The translations under genes and the position numbers were made by a program. The notes below the pieces were generated by a model. It saw only the letters and a program-made list of their open reading frames with translations. It searched no databases and was not told the DNA's origin. Source: a virus (lineage: Duplodnaviria > Caudoviricetes). Taken from it: a DNA stretch of 64,000 nt. The stretch is taken from the IMG/VR virus record IMGVR_UViG_3300042554_001750; one strand, written 5' to 3'. Below, piece after piece: positions 1 to 9,833 of the stretch; the first letter of the stretch is position 1, and each line of letters opens with the position of its first letter.

Positions 1-160
1 GAAGATCACCGATTTCTTTTTCAAGTCGTTGAATGTTTGTTACATCAATACCATCCATCATTTGATCGGGTCCAAAACGAAAACACTTACTGACCTCTAC
101 GATAACTTCGGCGCATTCTTCTTGTAGAATGGTTAATATTTCTTTAGTTTGTTCATTCAT
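1..160 (-). CDS. MazG-like nucleotide pyrophosphohydrolase family protein, 5' part (runs off window)
   Basis: Manual translation MNEQTKEILTILQEECAEVIVEVSKCFRFGPD...LEKEIGDL; EExxE helix typical of all-alpha NTP pyrophosphatases; ATG overlaps upstream stop. Confidence 0.55.
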   Translation of the reverse strand, partial: MNEQTKEILTILQEECAEVIVEVSKCFRFGPDQMMDGIDVTNIQRLEKEIGDL

Positions 161-575
161 TTGTGTTTTCCGTTTCAAGGTCTTCTGGTTTTGTATGCTC
201 GTCACAAGCAGTATATAGCCAACCGCCTCCCCTTAGTTTACCCGGTTTACCACAAACTTCACAAGTATTAGCCGCCCAACTTTCAGCCATGCGAACCATA
301 CCATCTATATAGTCATCGCCGCCGTTGTAATAGAATCTAAGTCCACCAAACTTCTCTTTAACTTGTGTAGCTACAACTTGTGCCACCTCCACCTCATTTC
401 GGTTTTGCCAATCAATGTGACGTTGAATTTGACTGCAAAGACTATCAAGTATTTGATACCAGCCGTCGCCGTGATCAAACCCCCAGCACATTGCTGTTAA
501 TGTCATGGGCTTGTGTCTATCAGCAAAAATCTTTGGATACTTTTTGCAAAGTTGGTTATCTAGTTCTTTACGCAT
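153..575 (-). CDS. conserved phage hypothetical protein with C-terminal CxxC
   Basis: QVKEKFGGLRFY motif, TCEVCGKPG; start moved to MRKELD (575), just after upstream stop. Confidence 0.7.
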   Translation of the reverse strand: MRKELDNQLCKKYPKIFADRHKPMTLTAMCWGFDHGDGWYQILDSLCSQIQRHIDWQNRNEVEVAQVVATQVKEKFGGLRFYYNGGDDYIDGMVRMAESWAANTCEVCGKPGKLRGGGWLYTACDEHTKPEDLETENTNE

Positions 576-576
576 A

Positions 577-828
577 TTACATTCCAAAATGTTCTTTAAC
601 TGCCATCTTGCTTTTCTCAATAGTAGCCATAATTAAATTGTGATCAAAGGTTGCATGAGCATGGTGTAGATTGGTATTGTCAATTGCAGTCAAACACTCC
701 TGAATAATTAACTCGGCAAATGTGTAGAAGGCTTCTGTGGTTTTAACCAAGCCAGTGTTACCTTCATCATCGTATTTCTTACAACGATCAAATGCTTGGC
801 CCAAAATATCTGCGATTCTTTCATTCAT
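577..828 (-). CDS. hypothetical protein
   Basis: ORF track; tightly packed with neighbours. Confidence 0.6.
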   Translation of the reverse strand: MNERIADILGQAFDRCKKYDDEGNTGLVKTTEAFYTFAELIIQECLTAIDNTNLHHAHATFDHNLIMATIEKSKMAVKEHFGM

Positions 829-1046
829 AGAATTTTCTTTTCGTGTACCAGTTTTTCAAAGGTGTTGAACAATTCATTAAACTTCATTTCATACAATGTT
901 TGTATACCCAGTAATGCGTTAGCAATCTCATCAGTAGTCATTTCCTTAGGACCATCTAACAAATTGCGATATAACAAATCAACATCCTCAGTAACATTCC
1001 AGCACTTCAAAATCTGCTGTTCAAGATCAAAACGGTCTACTTTCAT
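825..1046 (-). CDS. hypothetical protein
   Basis: ORF track; ATGA overlap with next gene. Confidence 0.65.
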   Translation of the reverse strand: MKVDRFDLEQQILKCWNVTEDVDLLYRNLLDGPKEMTTDEIANALLGIQTLYEMKFNELFNTFEKLVHEKKIL

Positions 1047-1055
1047 GTTAATTCC

Positions 1056-1586
1056 TTAAGGTTTCTTTTTGCTCATTGCCATAGCCATCTTAGGCTCAAT
1101 ATAACGCTTGTGATAATCTTTATAGTTATTCAGATAGTGTTCCCATTGAATCCATTGTGTTTTTTGCTTAGTGCGATTCACTAGAAAGCCCCAGTCTCGT
1201 TGCTGCCGACCCATGAAGAAAAGAGTAGTAGCAGGACCCACGCTCTCATCAAGTTCAAGCCAATGAAAATCTTTTGCACGGCGCCGAATAATACTACCGG
1301 GGCCACGCCATTGACATAGTTCTCCAATGATCTTACCATCGTTTCCGTAAAGAGGTGTATGCTCGTAATAGCCACCCTTAAGAATGATTGTAAGAAAAGG
1401 CCAAGGATGATCATGCAAAATAGGATCATCACTCTTTACAATCTTATGTAGTGTAAGATTGAAGGGAAAATTTTTACGGTCTTTCAAAAACAAGTAATAC
1501 CGATGCATATAATCTTCACCAGTGCGGCGATCAGGAATCAAACGATACCGATCTAGTTTGTTCATAAGATTGTGAAAGAAACCCAT
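1056..1586 (-). CDS. cupin-like phage protein
   Basis: LHKIVKSDD..LHDHPW..ILKGGYYEH and FHWLEL; GGAG SD upstream. Confidence 0.6.
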   Translation of the reverse strand: MGFFHNLMNKLDRYRLIPDRRTGEDYMHRYYLFLKDRKNFPFNLTLHKIVKSDDPILHDHPWPFLTIILKGGYYEHTPLYGNDGKIIGELCQWRGPGSIIRRRAKDFHWLELDESVGPATTLFFMGRQQRDWGFLVNRTKQKTQWIQWEHYLNNYKDYHKRYIEPKMAMAMSKKKP

Positions 1587-1646
1587 TGATTGCTCCTGTA
1601 ATCAGATATACTATTGTAACATATTTTACATTTTTGCACAAGTAGG

Positions 1647-1669
1647 AAAAGGGCACGAATGCCCTTTTT
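1647..1669 (-). terminator. intrinsic terminator
   Basis: GGGCA-TTCG-TGCCC hairpin with T-runs on both sides. Confidence 0.8.
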
Positions 1670-1687
1670 GCTCATCTCATCCCGAGA

Positions 1688-1945
1688 TTAGTCGTTGCTC
1701 ATTGCAAGAGCACGGTAGCCTGCGGCAACAACTGCGCGGCTGGGGGTACCCAAACGGTACTTAGTGAAAGTATCACCACGGCTGTTGGTACGCTTGTTAG
1801 CGTAAACTGCAAAACCTGCAAAGCGAAGGTCGCTTACGGTTGCGGTAGGATTAGCAATACCAAAACGGCTAGTGATTTGCTTTGCGGTCAATTGCTCACC
1901 GCGCTGAAGTGCCTCAAGAAGGGCTTGTTGCTTAGTAACAGTCAT
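1688..1945 (-). CDS. winged helix-turn-helix protein
   Basis: MTVTKQQALLEALQRGEQLTAKQITSRFGIANPTATVSDLR; start at 1945 with GAGG SD. Confidence 0.65.
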   Translation of the reverse strand: MTVTKQQALLEALQRGEQLTAKQITSRFGIANPTATVSDLRFAGFAVYANKRTNSRGDTFTKYRLGTPSRAVVAAGYRALAMSND

Positions 1946-2051
1946 TTTATTTCCTCTTAAAAAATCGTTGTTCTCACAACGTACATAGATGATAACACGA
2001 TCAGTAGTCTTTAACAAGACATAAGGGCAACGAAGTTGCCTTAATTTGGAT

Positions 2052-2882
2052 TTATAGTTCCAAATACTGCAATTTAAAATTTTCAGCTTGTTTTTCATAA
2101 TTAATATAACCACGAGGATTACAAACAATACGGCAATCACCGATCATATAATCAAAGTTATGATGGGTATGCCCATGGGTCCAAACTTTAATCTGCGGAT
2201 GATCCAAAATAAAATCACTAAGATCGGAACTATAAGCACCGTTCATGAGTGTGTCATCAGCATATTTTGGATGCGTACTCAACCGTGAAGGTGCCATATG
2301 GCCTACCACTACAAATTTTTCATCAAACTTGCCTTCAATGACAGTACGAATGTACTCTACACTATGACGGTGTCTAGCCGCGGTATGGGCAGGACGCAGT
2401 TTGGTATATCCCTTACTATCCTCACGAATGATACGGTAATCATTCATCATATCAGTAACAGTATGTAGTGTAAGTGGGTCATAATTATTCATGTTAGTCC
2501 AAAGTGTACAACCAATGAATGTAATATCATTGATCTTTTTGGTCATGTTTTCCAAAAAGTAAACATTCGGAAACTTACTACACTCGTTCATCAGGTCGTC
2601 AAGGCTACCGTGGAATTTTCCGTGGTAGAATTCATGGTTGCCTGCAATGTAGATAACATGCGGAAACTCTGAGCTACAACGCTTCAAAAAATCACGATAG
2701 CGTTGGGCACTTAGTTGACGCCGACCCAAATCAATATTATTGGCTGCACCCTCAGGATGGTCGTGCAGATCCTGAGCGATCATAATGTCGCCACTCAGGA
2801 TCAATACATCTGCATTTCCATCATTGGTTAAATTGATATCACCAAATTCAAGGTGAAGATCACTTGCTAGTGCTAGTTTCAT
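2052..2882 (-). CDS. calcineurin-like metallophosphoesterase
   Basis: SDLHLE, LSGDI, AGNHEFY, GHMAP, HGHTH motifs all intact. Confidence 0.9.
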   Translation of the reverse strand: MKLALASDLHLEFGDINLTNDGNADVLILSGDIMIAQDLHDHPEGAANNIDLGRRQLSAQRYRDFLKRCSSEFPHVIYIAGNHEFYHGKFHGSLDDLMNECSKFPNVYFLENMTKKINDITFIGCTLWTNMNNYDPLTLHTVTDMMNDYRIIREDSKGYTKLRPAHTAARHRHSVEYIRTVIEGKFDEKFVVVGHMAPSRLSTHPKYADDTLMNGAYSSDLSDFILDHPQIKVWTHGHTHHNFDYMIGDCRIVCNPRGYINYEKQAENFKLQYLEL

Positions 2883-2969
2883 TTCTTATTTCTTTTAAAA
2901 CATATTGTGAGCTTAAATATCCTAAGAATAAGCACACAACAATTATAATTAGTTCACGGACAACTGGTT

Positions 2970-3359
2970 TCATACGAAAAATCCCGCATTACGCAACTCG
3001 TTCAAAGCAGAATTACGGACCTTCGCATCAATATAAATTTTCTGCGGCTTGCCACTAGTCAAGTAGTCACACAGGTCCTTCGCCTCTTTCAGACCCAAAC
3101 GCCGATTGTCAACACTACGCACAGCCTTAATCATAGCGACCTTGTTTGCCGAAGCACTATACCCAGTAAGAGTAATGATACCGTCGTAGTCACCAGTCAA
3201 CAGAGAAAAGAAAATCTGACCCTTAACATCAGGGTCAAGGACACTTGCGATTTGGTCCCAAAGTTTCATACCATCATTAGTTCCGTAGGCATCCGTGATG
3301 CTACGCATGAAGTTGATACCACTTTGGATAATGTCTTGTTTGTGTTCAGCGGGAATCAT
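2970..3359 (-). CDS. protein with C-terminal ribosomal protein bL12 (L7/L12)-like domain
   Basis: KVAMIKAVRSV...LGLKEAKDLCD matches the bL12 CTD signature KxxVIKxVR...GLKEAKxLV. Confidence 0.65.
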   Translation of the reverse strand: MIPAEHKQDIIQSGINFMRSITDAYGTNDGMKLWDQIASVLDPDVKGQIFFSLLTGDYDGIITLTGYSASANKVAMIKAVRSVDNRRLGLKEAKDLCDYLTSGKPQKIYIDAKVRNSALNELRNAGFFV

Positions 3360-3556
3360 TTCGTTGGACGTCTAAGTTTAGAAATTTGAGGAGTATAAAC
3401 AGGTTCTTCTTCTACGATTTTAACTGATTTTGATTTGCTTGTCAATAGCACTTCCAAATCATCATAGAAAATATAAACCAATAATCCTATCCAATAAACT
3501 ATGGAAAAGAAAAATAAGATTACGGTAAATGTTAAAAAGGCTGTGTCACTTAACAT
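3356..3556 (-). CDS. small membrane protein
   Basis: N-terminal hydrophobic helix; coupled to neighbours. Confidence 0.55.
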   Translation of the reverse strand: MLSDTAFLTFTVILFFFSIVYWIGLLVYIFYDDLEVLLTSKSKSVKIVEEEPVYTPQISKLRRPTK

Positions 3557-3920
3557 CTTGAATATGCTTGCAAGTATGCCTGAAAGTAAATCCAGGACAT
3601 GTACAAGAATATTTACCAGAACTGTTTTTTGTAAGTAGATAGACTTTTCCGTTGCTACCTTGAACCTCTATAGCATTATTAGGCTTAGTCTCAACAACAG
3701 GCTTACCGAAATAAACCTCGTCACGCTCAGCCTTCTTATCCTTCAATTCTACAAATTTGCGACCACGGACATCAATGGTCATGGGCTTTGAAAACTTGAA
3801 CAGTGCCTTAGTACCAACCTTGATGTAGCCGACCATTTTAGTCTTGCTGTCGTTTACATAGTAAATGTGATTGGGAGTATTGTGCGACCCCCAATCAGTA
3901 GTCTCCTGAAGATATCGCAT
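3546..3920 (-). CDS. SWIM zinc-finger protein
   Basis: C-terminal YSCTCPGFTFRHTCKHI (CxC..CxH). Confidence 0.75.
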   Translation of the reverse strand: MRYLQETTDWGSHNTPNHIYYVNDSKTKMVGYIKVGTKALFKFSKPMTIDVRGRKFVELKDKKAERDEVYFGKPVVETKPNNAIEVQGSNGKVYLLTKNSSGKYSCTCPGFTFRHTCKHIQDVK

Positions 3921-3935
3921 TAGGCTACCACCTGC

Positions 3936-4379
3936 TCACGCACGAAAGCCTCGGCCGAGGGTAATGTAACCATCAGTATCATAAGACTTGACATACCAGC
4001 GACCATCCTTACGGAGAATGTACTCATACTCCTCGTATTGATGATGAGCCAAGTAATCCTGAAAATCAACAAAGTACCGGGCGCTGACACCTGCCTCGCC
4101 CCTATCACGACCATAGAAGGTAGTCATGTTACCATAGAGGTTGTCAAACTCAGCATCGGAGATAGTAGCATCCAACTTGGAAAAAGGATGCTTGGTACCA
4201 ATCATTGGCTTAAGGCTTGAAACATCTCCAAGGTCAATCAAGTCACGCAGGATGAAAGGATTGCTATAGTTTTCAAACAGGATCTTGCCGTTGTGCGACA
4301 GGTAACCGTCCCAATGACAATAAACTTGACCAACAGTACCGTCAGCAAATTCCAGAGCGATAGTAGAGCGAGTAGCCAT
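3936..4379 (-). CDS. conserved phage early hypothetical protein (possible 3' frameshift)
   Basis: MATRSTI..VYCHWDGY; directly behind an early promoter. Confidence 0.75.
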   Translation of the reverse strand: MATRSTIALEFADGTVGQVYCHWDGYLSHNGKILFENYSNPFILRDLIDLGDVSSLKPMIGTKHPFSKLDATISDAEFDNLYGNMTTFYGRDRGEAGVSARYFVDFQDYLAHHQYEEYEYILRKDGRWYVKSYDTDGYITLGRGFRA

Positions 4380-4412
4380 TTGTGAGTCCTTTTCTTAACT
4401 GTCTATGTATGT

Positions 4413-4443
4413 ATTATATACCCAAATCCATTTATTGTCAACC
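4413..4443 (-). promoter_or_regulatory. sigma70-type early promoter
   Basis: TTGACA (4436-4441), 17 nt, TATAAT (4413-4418). Confidence 0.9.
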
Positions 4444-4845
4444 TCAGAAAAGCATAGGAGTGTAGGTTTCTTCACCTTTTAGGGTCATCCAAATTTCTTT
4501 TTCCTCTGAGTAAATCAGTTCAGCATGTTCCAGTAGTGCCCTGCGTAAGCCTTCATCCATACGCAACCATCTATCAACGGTATCATAATCACCCCAGGCT
4601 CGGGTTTTCAGTCCTGTATTTTGAAGCCAAACACTCAACATCTTGAGACCTTCAACTGTATTGGCAGGATGACTGCGGCACATTGCTCCAACAAAATCAT
4701 TGGCAAGCAATGCAGTGAAAAAACTGCCAGGTTGAAACCCATGAACAAAGTAATTGAAAACGGGATCCGCAAATTCTTTCGGCACGTTGTATGTGACAAA
4801 AGTTTCGTAAAACCTATTTTCACTGTATTTGGTAAGTTTCATCAA
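4444..4845 (-). CDS. hypothetical protein
   Basis: ORF track; overlaps upstream stop. Confidence 0.65.
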   Translation of the reverse strand: MMKLTKYSENRFYETFVTYNVPKEFADPVFNYFVHGFQPGSFFTALLANDFVGAMCRSHPANTVEGLKMLSVWLQNTGLKTRAWGDYDTVDRWLRMDEGLRRALLEHAELIYSEEKEIWMTLKGEETYTPMLF

Positions 4846-5138
4846 TCACCTGAGTCAATTTCATAGGATGATTGGCAATGCTTACAAGTGTACCGAGTCA
4901 GGCAACGACCGATAGTACGGCTTTCGTATTCATGTAAACAAGGAGTGCCGTCTGGGCGCAGTAGTACCTGACCACTAGCACGACCATACATGGTTTGAGC
5001 ACCACAGTTGGTACAGGCTACAGTATCATCTTCAGCACGATAGCCATACCATCCATACTTCTGACCGCCGTCACGCAAACGATCGGGACAGGGCATATGA
5101 CCGGTACCGTTACACGCAGGACAAGTTCCAAGACTCAT
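4842..5138 (-). CDS. Cys-rich zinc-binding protein
   Basis: Start moved to MSLGTCPACNGTG (GGAG SD, behind promoter); CxxC motifs CPAC, CTNC, CKHC. Confidence 0.7.
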   Translation of the reverse strand: MSLGTCPACNGTGHMPCPDRLRDGGQKYGWYGYRAEDDTVACTNCGAQTMYGRASGQVLLRPDGTPCLHEYESRTIGRCLTRYTCKHCQSSYEIDSGD

Positions 5139-5162
5139 TACATTCTCCTTTAACATATCCAT

Positions 5163-5193
5163 ATTATAGTATAAAACGGATTTATTGTCAACC
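5163..5193 (-). promoter_or_regulatory. sigma70-type early promoter
   Basis: TTGACA (5186-5191), 17 nt, TATAAT (5163-5168). Confidence 0.9.
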
Positions 5194-5196
5194 ATT

Positions 5197-5218
5197 AAAA
5201 AAACCCCTTTCGGGGCTT
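5197..5218 (-). terminator. intrinsic terminator after rIIB
   Basis: CCCC-GAAA-GGGG followed by T7. Confidence 0.85.
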
Positions 5219-5220
5219 GA

Positions 5221-6198
5221 TTAAGTACGATTACTGGGGAAAGGCCAGAATCCTTGTGACTCATCAGGATTAACATAGCGATAACGCTCTGGTCTACCTT
5301 GTTCACGGTCTCGCTCACCCTTGACATAACCTTCTTCGTAGTTATTGCCATCCTCGTCGGTTTCATATCCCCAAGAATCGTATTCTTCACCATTGAATCC
5401 ATGACTGTAACCATCATAGAACGGAGTGCTACCAGTTTTGGGTTCGGTACGCACACTGTTGGCGTTATGCTGTACAGGCTTAGTAAACTCAACCTCATCT
5501 TTAGCATCACGCTCAACTTCACCGATAACCTCGTAACGGCAAGTACGACCCTTAGCATTGTTGTAATCGCTAGGAATGGACACTACGTCAGCAGGGTCAA
5601 TCTTAACGATAACAGTACGATCACCACTAAAACTCTGTAGATAACTATGGCTACAGAAGTGCAGACCTGCCGAGCAAGTATTGTCACGGTTGTCATCAAC
5701 CATGTTGCGTTCCATTTCTACAACACGACCAATGCTGTTGTCCATAGTGCCAGTATGACAATCAGTATAGTCACCACGCACACGCTTGTATGCGAGGAAG
5801 TGACCATCGGGAGTAATCGGCAGACTGTTCTTTTCTAAGAAGCCATAGAGTTCATCAACGGCTCGCTTGCTAGGATTACGCATGAGGTTGTTCATAAACT
5901 GAACCATTGGTTCAATGTCAAAGCCTTCTTCAAGCATACTTACAATGCGAGTAGCCAAAGCATTGTGGAATGCCTGACCACGCCAAAACATTTCACCGTC
6001 AACAACACTAACATTGCCGCGGCTGTAGTTAACAAGAACCTTAGTAGGGTTGATCAATTCCTTGACACTACCCCAATCACCAGCCTTAATAGCCTCTACG
6101 ACCTTGTTATAGGTCATGTGTGTTTTGTTGATGGTATGCGGTTCACCATCAATAACGATAACAACATTATCACCTTGGAGAATAAACGGATAACTCAT
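5221..6198 (-). CDS. rIIB: rIIB-like protein
   Basis: LYGFLEKNSLPITPDGHFLAYK, MERNMVDDN..CSAGLHFC; directly after rIIA; start MSYPF at 6198. Confidence 0.85.
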   Translation of the reverse strand: MSYPFILQGDNVVIVIDGEPHTINKTHMTYNKVVEAIKAGDWGSVKELINPTKVLVNYSRGNVSVVDGEMFWRGQAFHNALATRIVSMLEEGFDIEPMVQFMNNLMRNPSKRAVDELYGFLEKNSLPITPDGHFLAYKRVRGDYTDCHTGTMDNSIGRVVEMERNMVDDNRDNTCSAGLHFCSHSYLQSFSGDRTVIVKIDPADVVSIPSDYNNAKGRTCRYEVIGEVERDAKDEVEFTKPVQHNANSVRTEPKTGSTPFYDGYSHGFNGEEYDSWGYETDEDGNNYEEGYVKGERDREQGRPERYRYVNPDESQGFWPFPSNRT

Positions 6199-6199
6199 T

Positions 6200-8329
6200 T
6201 TAGATTCCTTTAACTTGATCAACCATATTAATGTAGTCAACTACATCATCAATTTTAGCATAATAACTAGAAATATGTTGTAGCATTGGGTAACGACTCA
6301 TAACCTTTTCAACCTTAACCTTGTATTGTTCAATAAGTTTGTTAGGATCAACATTGTTGACAACGATACCAAACAGTTTGAACAATTGTTCCAAATAGTG
6401 TCGCTTGTGGTCATCAACTGCCTCTACATCCTTAAACTCAGCAAACAACTTGTAGTACGGGCTGTTTTGATTTAGATTACCGTTAATATACTTGAAATTG
6501 TTTTTAATGTCAATGCTGGCTTTGACCAAACCTAGTACATTACTGGTATCAGTAGCCAACAATTTTTCACGGACATGATCAATCAGATTGACCCAATTCT
6601 TTTGCTTACGAACCAATTCAATGTCACTCTTGCGAACACCATGAACGGTTTGACTAAAGATTTCTGCCCGTTGAAGATTCTCAACAAACATAGCCATGTC
6701 ACTCATGGGCACTCCAACTGGCTCCCAGTGATTCATTTCTACATAGTAGAATGTCTTGTTGGCATCGTAGTCACTAGCAGTACCGCCATTAGCCCAAACA
6801 TACTTGCGTTGATAACGGCTACGCTGGCGTTCAACAAATTGTAGGATACTTGCCTTACCCCAGTTGCCACTAACATCACGATCCTTCTCAAGCAATTGAG
6901 TAGCATACATGGTGTTGATTGGGCTGTGCAGGTCACGCAAGAAACTACCAACACTCATAGTTTTGGTTTTGTCAAATGGCTCAATCACAATGACCGACTC
7001 ACTATAAGTATCCATCTTTTTATTACGCCAGTGATACTTAGCCCGTTCCAACGCACCACGCTTGGTATCAGTAATAACAAAGTGAACATTCATAGACGGT
7101 TGAATGCGCCAAGCATGAACATATTTCTTGGTAACATCATCCAATATGCTGTCGGGCTTAAAATTATTACACTTGTCACTACTACGCTCCTTATGGAAGC
7201 CACGGATAGTGATGTTGTACTTTTCCTGAAGGTCAGTAACCTTCAACATAAAGGGCTTGATAAGATTGTATGATGTAGCATCAGCAAGCGGGAATTTAGA
7301 ATCAGTCACATACTTAATAGTAGCCGCCTTGAACAAGGCTTCACTATGGCGCTTGCTAAGATAATCTGCCCGTTGCCAAAAATTATCAATCTTGTCGGCT
7401 TCAGTAGCAATATGGATAGCCAGTTGGTTGTTTAATGCCTCAAGTTTATTTTTGATGGACTGAATTGTAGAAGGAATATAACTCAGACCTTCACGACTTG
7501 CTTGGAAGTCAAGTTCACCGATATTAAATTCCATAACAAGACCGCAACCAAGAAGACCGCGTAACTCGCCTAGTGTACTATCAGCCGCCGGCACATCAAT
7601 GGGATACTGAATGTTACCCATGATTGCTACACTAGATGAACGGTCACTACCAAGACTATGTACGCCTGGGATAATGTCACGATCCTTGTATTCGGGGTCA
7701 AGGAAAGTAAAGTCCTTAGAGCCGTGAATTACAGGGCGCAGTTTGAAATACTTGTAGACATACCTTGTCTCAGTACGGAACTTATCAAAGTCCCAGCGGT
7801 CGTTTACACTAAACTTGACCTCAACACCATTGGGTTCGGTAGTATCATTCTCAGTCATCAATGCGATACTAGGCACACCTTGATCATTGATAAAGGCTGT
7901 GTAGATACCCTTGCGACCGTTTTGAATAGCGGTTACAGTAAAATTATCTGTATAGCTAAACGGAGACTTACTACCAAGACCAAGAGCACCAATAAAATCG
8001 TTAGAATCGGTTTTAGTAGATTCAAAATAGGTAGTATAGATGTTTGTAACTTGTGCATGGCTAAGTCCTGTACCATAGTCACGAATACTGAACCATGGCT
8101 CTAGTTGATTCGGAAGATGAATATCAAAAGGCAAGTCTGGTTTGCCTGCGGCAACATGACTATCCACAGCATTGCAGGACAATTCACGGATGATAGCGCG
8201 GATCTTGTTAGCATACAGACCCGAACTCAGAATGTTAAAAGCCTTAGCTGAATTGCGAATACGGAACTCGCCAATCTGGCCTACATTACTAAGGATGGCC
8301 TCATTTTGAGGCGTGTTATTCAAAATCAT
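6200..8329 (-). CDS. rIIA: rIIA-like protein (N-terminal GHKL ATPase)
   Basis: IRELSCNAVDSH, IRDYGTGL, STK..IGALGLGSKSPFSY. Confidence 0.9.
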   Translation of the reverse strand: MILNNTPQNEAILSNVGQIGEFRIRNSAKAFNILSSGLYANKIRAIIRELSCNAVDSHVAAGKPDLPFDIHLPNQLEPWFSIRDYGTGLSHAQVTNIYTTYFESTKTDSNDFIGALGLGSKSPFSYTDNFTVTAIQNGRKGIYTAFINDQGVPSIALMTENDTTEPNGVEVKFSVNDRWDFDKFRTETRYVYKYFKLRPVIHGSKDFTFLDPEYKDRDIIPGVHSLGSDRSSSVAIMGNIQYPIDVPAADSTLGELRGLLGCGLVMEFNIGELDFQASREGLSYIPSTIQSIKNKLEALNNQLAIHIATEADKIDNFWQRADYLSKRHSEALFKAATIKYVTDSKFPLADATSYNLIKPFMLKVTDLQEKYNITIRGFHKERSSDKCNNFKPDSILDDVTKKYVHAWRIQPSMNVHFVITDTKRGALERAKYHWRNKKMDTYSESVIVIEPFDKTKTMSVGSFLRDLHSPINTMYATQLLEKDRDVSGNWGKASILQFVERQRSRYQRKYVWANGGTASDYDANKTFYYVEMNHWEPVGVPMSDMAMFVENLQRAEIFSQTVHGVRKSDIELVRKQKNWVNLIDHVREKLLATDTSNVLGLVKASIDIKNNFKYINGNLNQNSPYYKLFAEFKDVEAVDDHKRHYLEQLFKLFGIVVNNVDPNKLIEQYKVKVEKVMSRYPMLQHISSYYAKIDDVVDYINMVDQVKGI

Positions 8330-8547
8330 TATTCAACTCCGAAATGTTTCTTGAGTTTATCGCCAAAACTGTCGTAGGGATAACTAGTATCATCACTATC
8401 CAATATCCGAGCACACTCCCTGATAACCCTGTGAGCATACTCTAGCATCTTCTTTTCATCGTATAGATCAAATCCACGACCATCATGTGGCTCTTGATAA
8501 TCAACTGCCCAGGGGTTAGGCAGCAGTTCTTTTAAAAGTTCATTCAT
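8329..8547 (-). CDS. hypothetical protein
   Basis: ORF track; TAATG coupling to rIIA. Confidence 0.6.
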   Translation of the reverse strand: MNELLKELLPNPWAVDYQEPHDGRGFDLYDEKKMLEYAHRVIRECARILDSDDTSYPYDSFGDKLKKHFGVE

Positions 8548-8553
8548 AAAACC

Positions 8554-8775
8554 TCAAACGTAGAAATCTTCACCACGCTGATAAGCGCCGATGGCGTCAT
8601 AAACTGCCTCACGAACCACAGTGTCAAGAGCCTCACCGTACTTCTTGGAGTCAAAATTAGCGAGGTCTTCAAGATTCTGATATACAGTTTTCCAGGAAAG
8701 ATTATGCTCCTTAGCATACTGAACGATGCCAAAAACTGCGACATTGCCTTCTGAAGTGAACATACCGAAATCCAT
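8554..8775 (-). CDS. hypothetical early protein
   Basis: MDFGMFTSEGN; GGAG SD; behind early promoter. Confidence 0.7.
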   Translation of the reverse strand: MDFGMFTSEGNVAVFGIVQYAKEHNLSWKTVYQNLEDLANFDSKKYGEALDTVVREAVYDAIGAYQRGEDFYV

Positions 8776-8808
8776 AATTTGCTCCGTGTCTTAACTGTCT
8801 ATGAGACT

Positions 8809-8839
8809 ATTATATAACCAAACGGATTTATTGTCAACC
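8809..8839 (-). promoter_or_regulatory. sigma70-type early promoter
   Basis: TTGACA (8832-8837), 17 nt, TATAAT (8809-8814). Confidence 0.9.
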
Positions 8840-8840
8840 A

Positions 8841-9164
8841 TTACCACTGATGATAAATCACCATATGATCAACATTTGGGACATTGCCCACTGGCCGGTA
8901 TATTTGTTGCTCACCGTCCCATTGATCCGGGTCAAAAAGTTTATCATGTTCACCGACTACAACAAAACGCACATCCTTGCCGGTGTGATGGCTCTTGACA
9001 AAAAATTCCTGAGGCATACCGAAAAACTCAGAAGCCAACTTAAGGACTTTGCGGGTCTTGTCGTATTCGCAATACTTGAGTGAAACAGTCGGGATTGTTG
9101 CCTCTTCGGTCATTTGACGATGCCGAGCAGCCTCGTACTTGCGGTCGGTAGCACTACGATACAT
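8841..9164 (-). CDS. hypothetical early protein
   Basis: ORF track; GGAG SD; flanked by early promoters. Confidence 0.7.
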   Translation of the reverse strand: MYRSATDRKYEAARHRQMTEEATIPTVSLKYCEYDKTRKVLKLASEFFGMPQEFFVKSHHTGKDVRFVVVGEHDKLFDPDQWDGEQQIYRPVGNVPNVDHMVIYHQW

Positions 9165-9193
9165 TGTTGACTCCGTTTTCTTACTGTACCCGT

Positions 9194-9224
9194 AGTATAT
9201 AAGAAAACGGAATTATTGTCAACC
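9194..9224 (-). promoter_or_regulatory. sigma70-type early promoter
   Basis: TTGACA (9217-9222, overlapping clpP stop), 17 nt, TATACT (9194-9199). Confidence 0.8.
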
Positions 9225-9809
9225 TCTGTTAGTAATTACTTTGTCAGCAAGTCCATAATCTACGGCTTCTTGGGCGCTCATAAAATTATCACGCTCCATA
9301 TCGGCGCTCAACTGCTCAAATGTTTTACCTGCTGAGTTATGCTTGACATAGATATTGGTCAAGTTGCGCTTCATTTCAAGTATTTCGTTAACCTGAATAA
9401 GCATATCGGTTGCCTGACCACGGGCACCACCACTGGGTTGATGAATCATGTGCCTAGCACTGGGAAGAATAAAACGCTTATTGGGTGCACCTGCTTGTGC
9501 AAGCAAACTCCCCATGCTACACGCCTGACCCATAACGATTGTGTGAATGTCAGGCTTAATAAATTGCATAGTATCATAGATGGCCATTCCAGCGGTTACG
9601 CTACCGCCTGGGCTATTAATATAGAGACTAATGTCCTTATCTGGGTTTTCACTTTCTAGGAACAACAATTGGGCAACAATTAAGTTTGCCATTTGATCGT
9701 GAACTTCACCTTCAAGCAAAATTACACGGTCACGCAATAGACGGCTGTAGATATCATAACTGCGTTCACCTCGGGCTGTTTGTTCCAAAACAATAGGTAC
9801 TAGACTCAT
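9219..9809 (-). CDS. clpP: ATP-dependent Clp protease proteolytic subunit
   Basis: [31 protein letters not shown] (Ser), MIHQP (His), ERDNFM (Asp). Confidence 0.97.
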   Translation of the reverse strand: MSLVPIVLEQTARGERSYDIYSRLLRDRVILLEGEVHDQMANLIVAQLLFLESENPDKDISLYINSPGGSVTAGMAIYDTMQFIKPDIHTIVMGQACSMGSLLAQAGAPNKRFILPSARHMIHQPSGGARGQATDMLIQVNEILEMKRNLTNIYVKHNSAGKTFEQLSADMERDNFMSAQEAVDYGLADKVITNRG

Positions 9810-9833
9810 AAATTTCCTCTATAAAATAGTATT

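Noticed and set aside
4842-5558. 238-aa ORF as listed in the track
   Set aside because: Its 5' part overlaps rIIB in another frame and crosses a terminator and promoter; the real start is 5138
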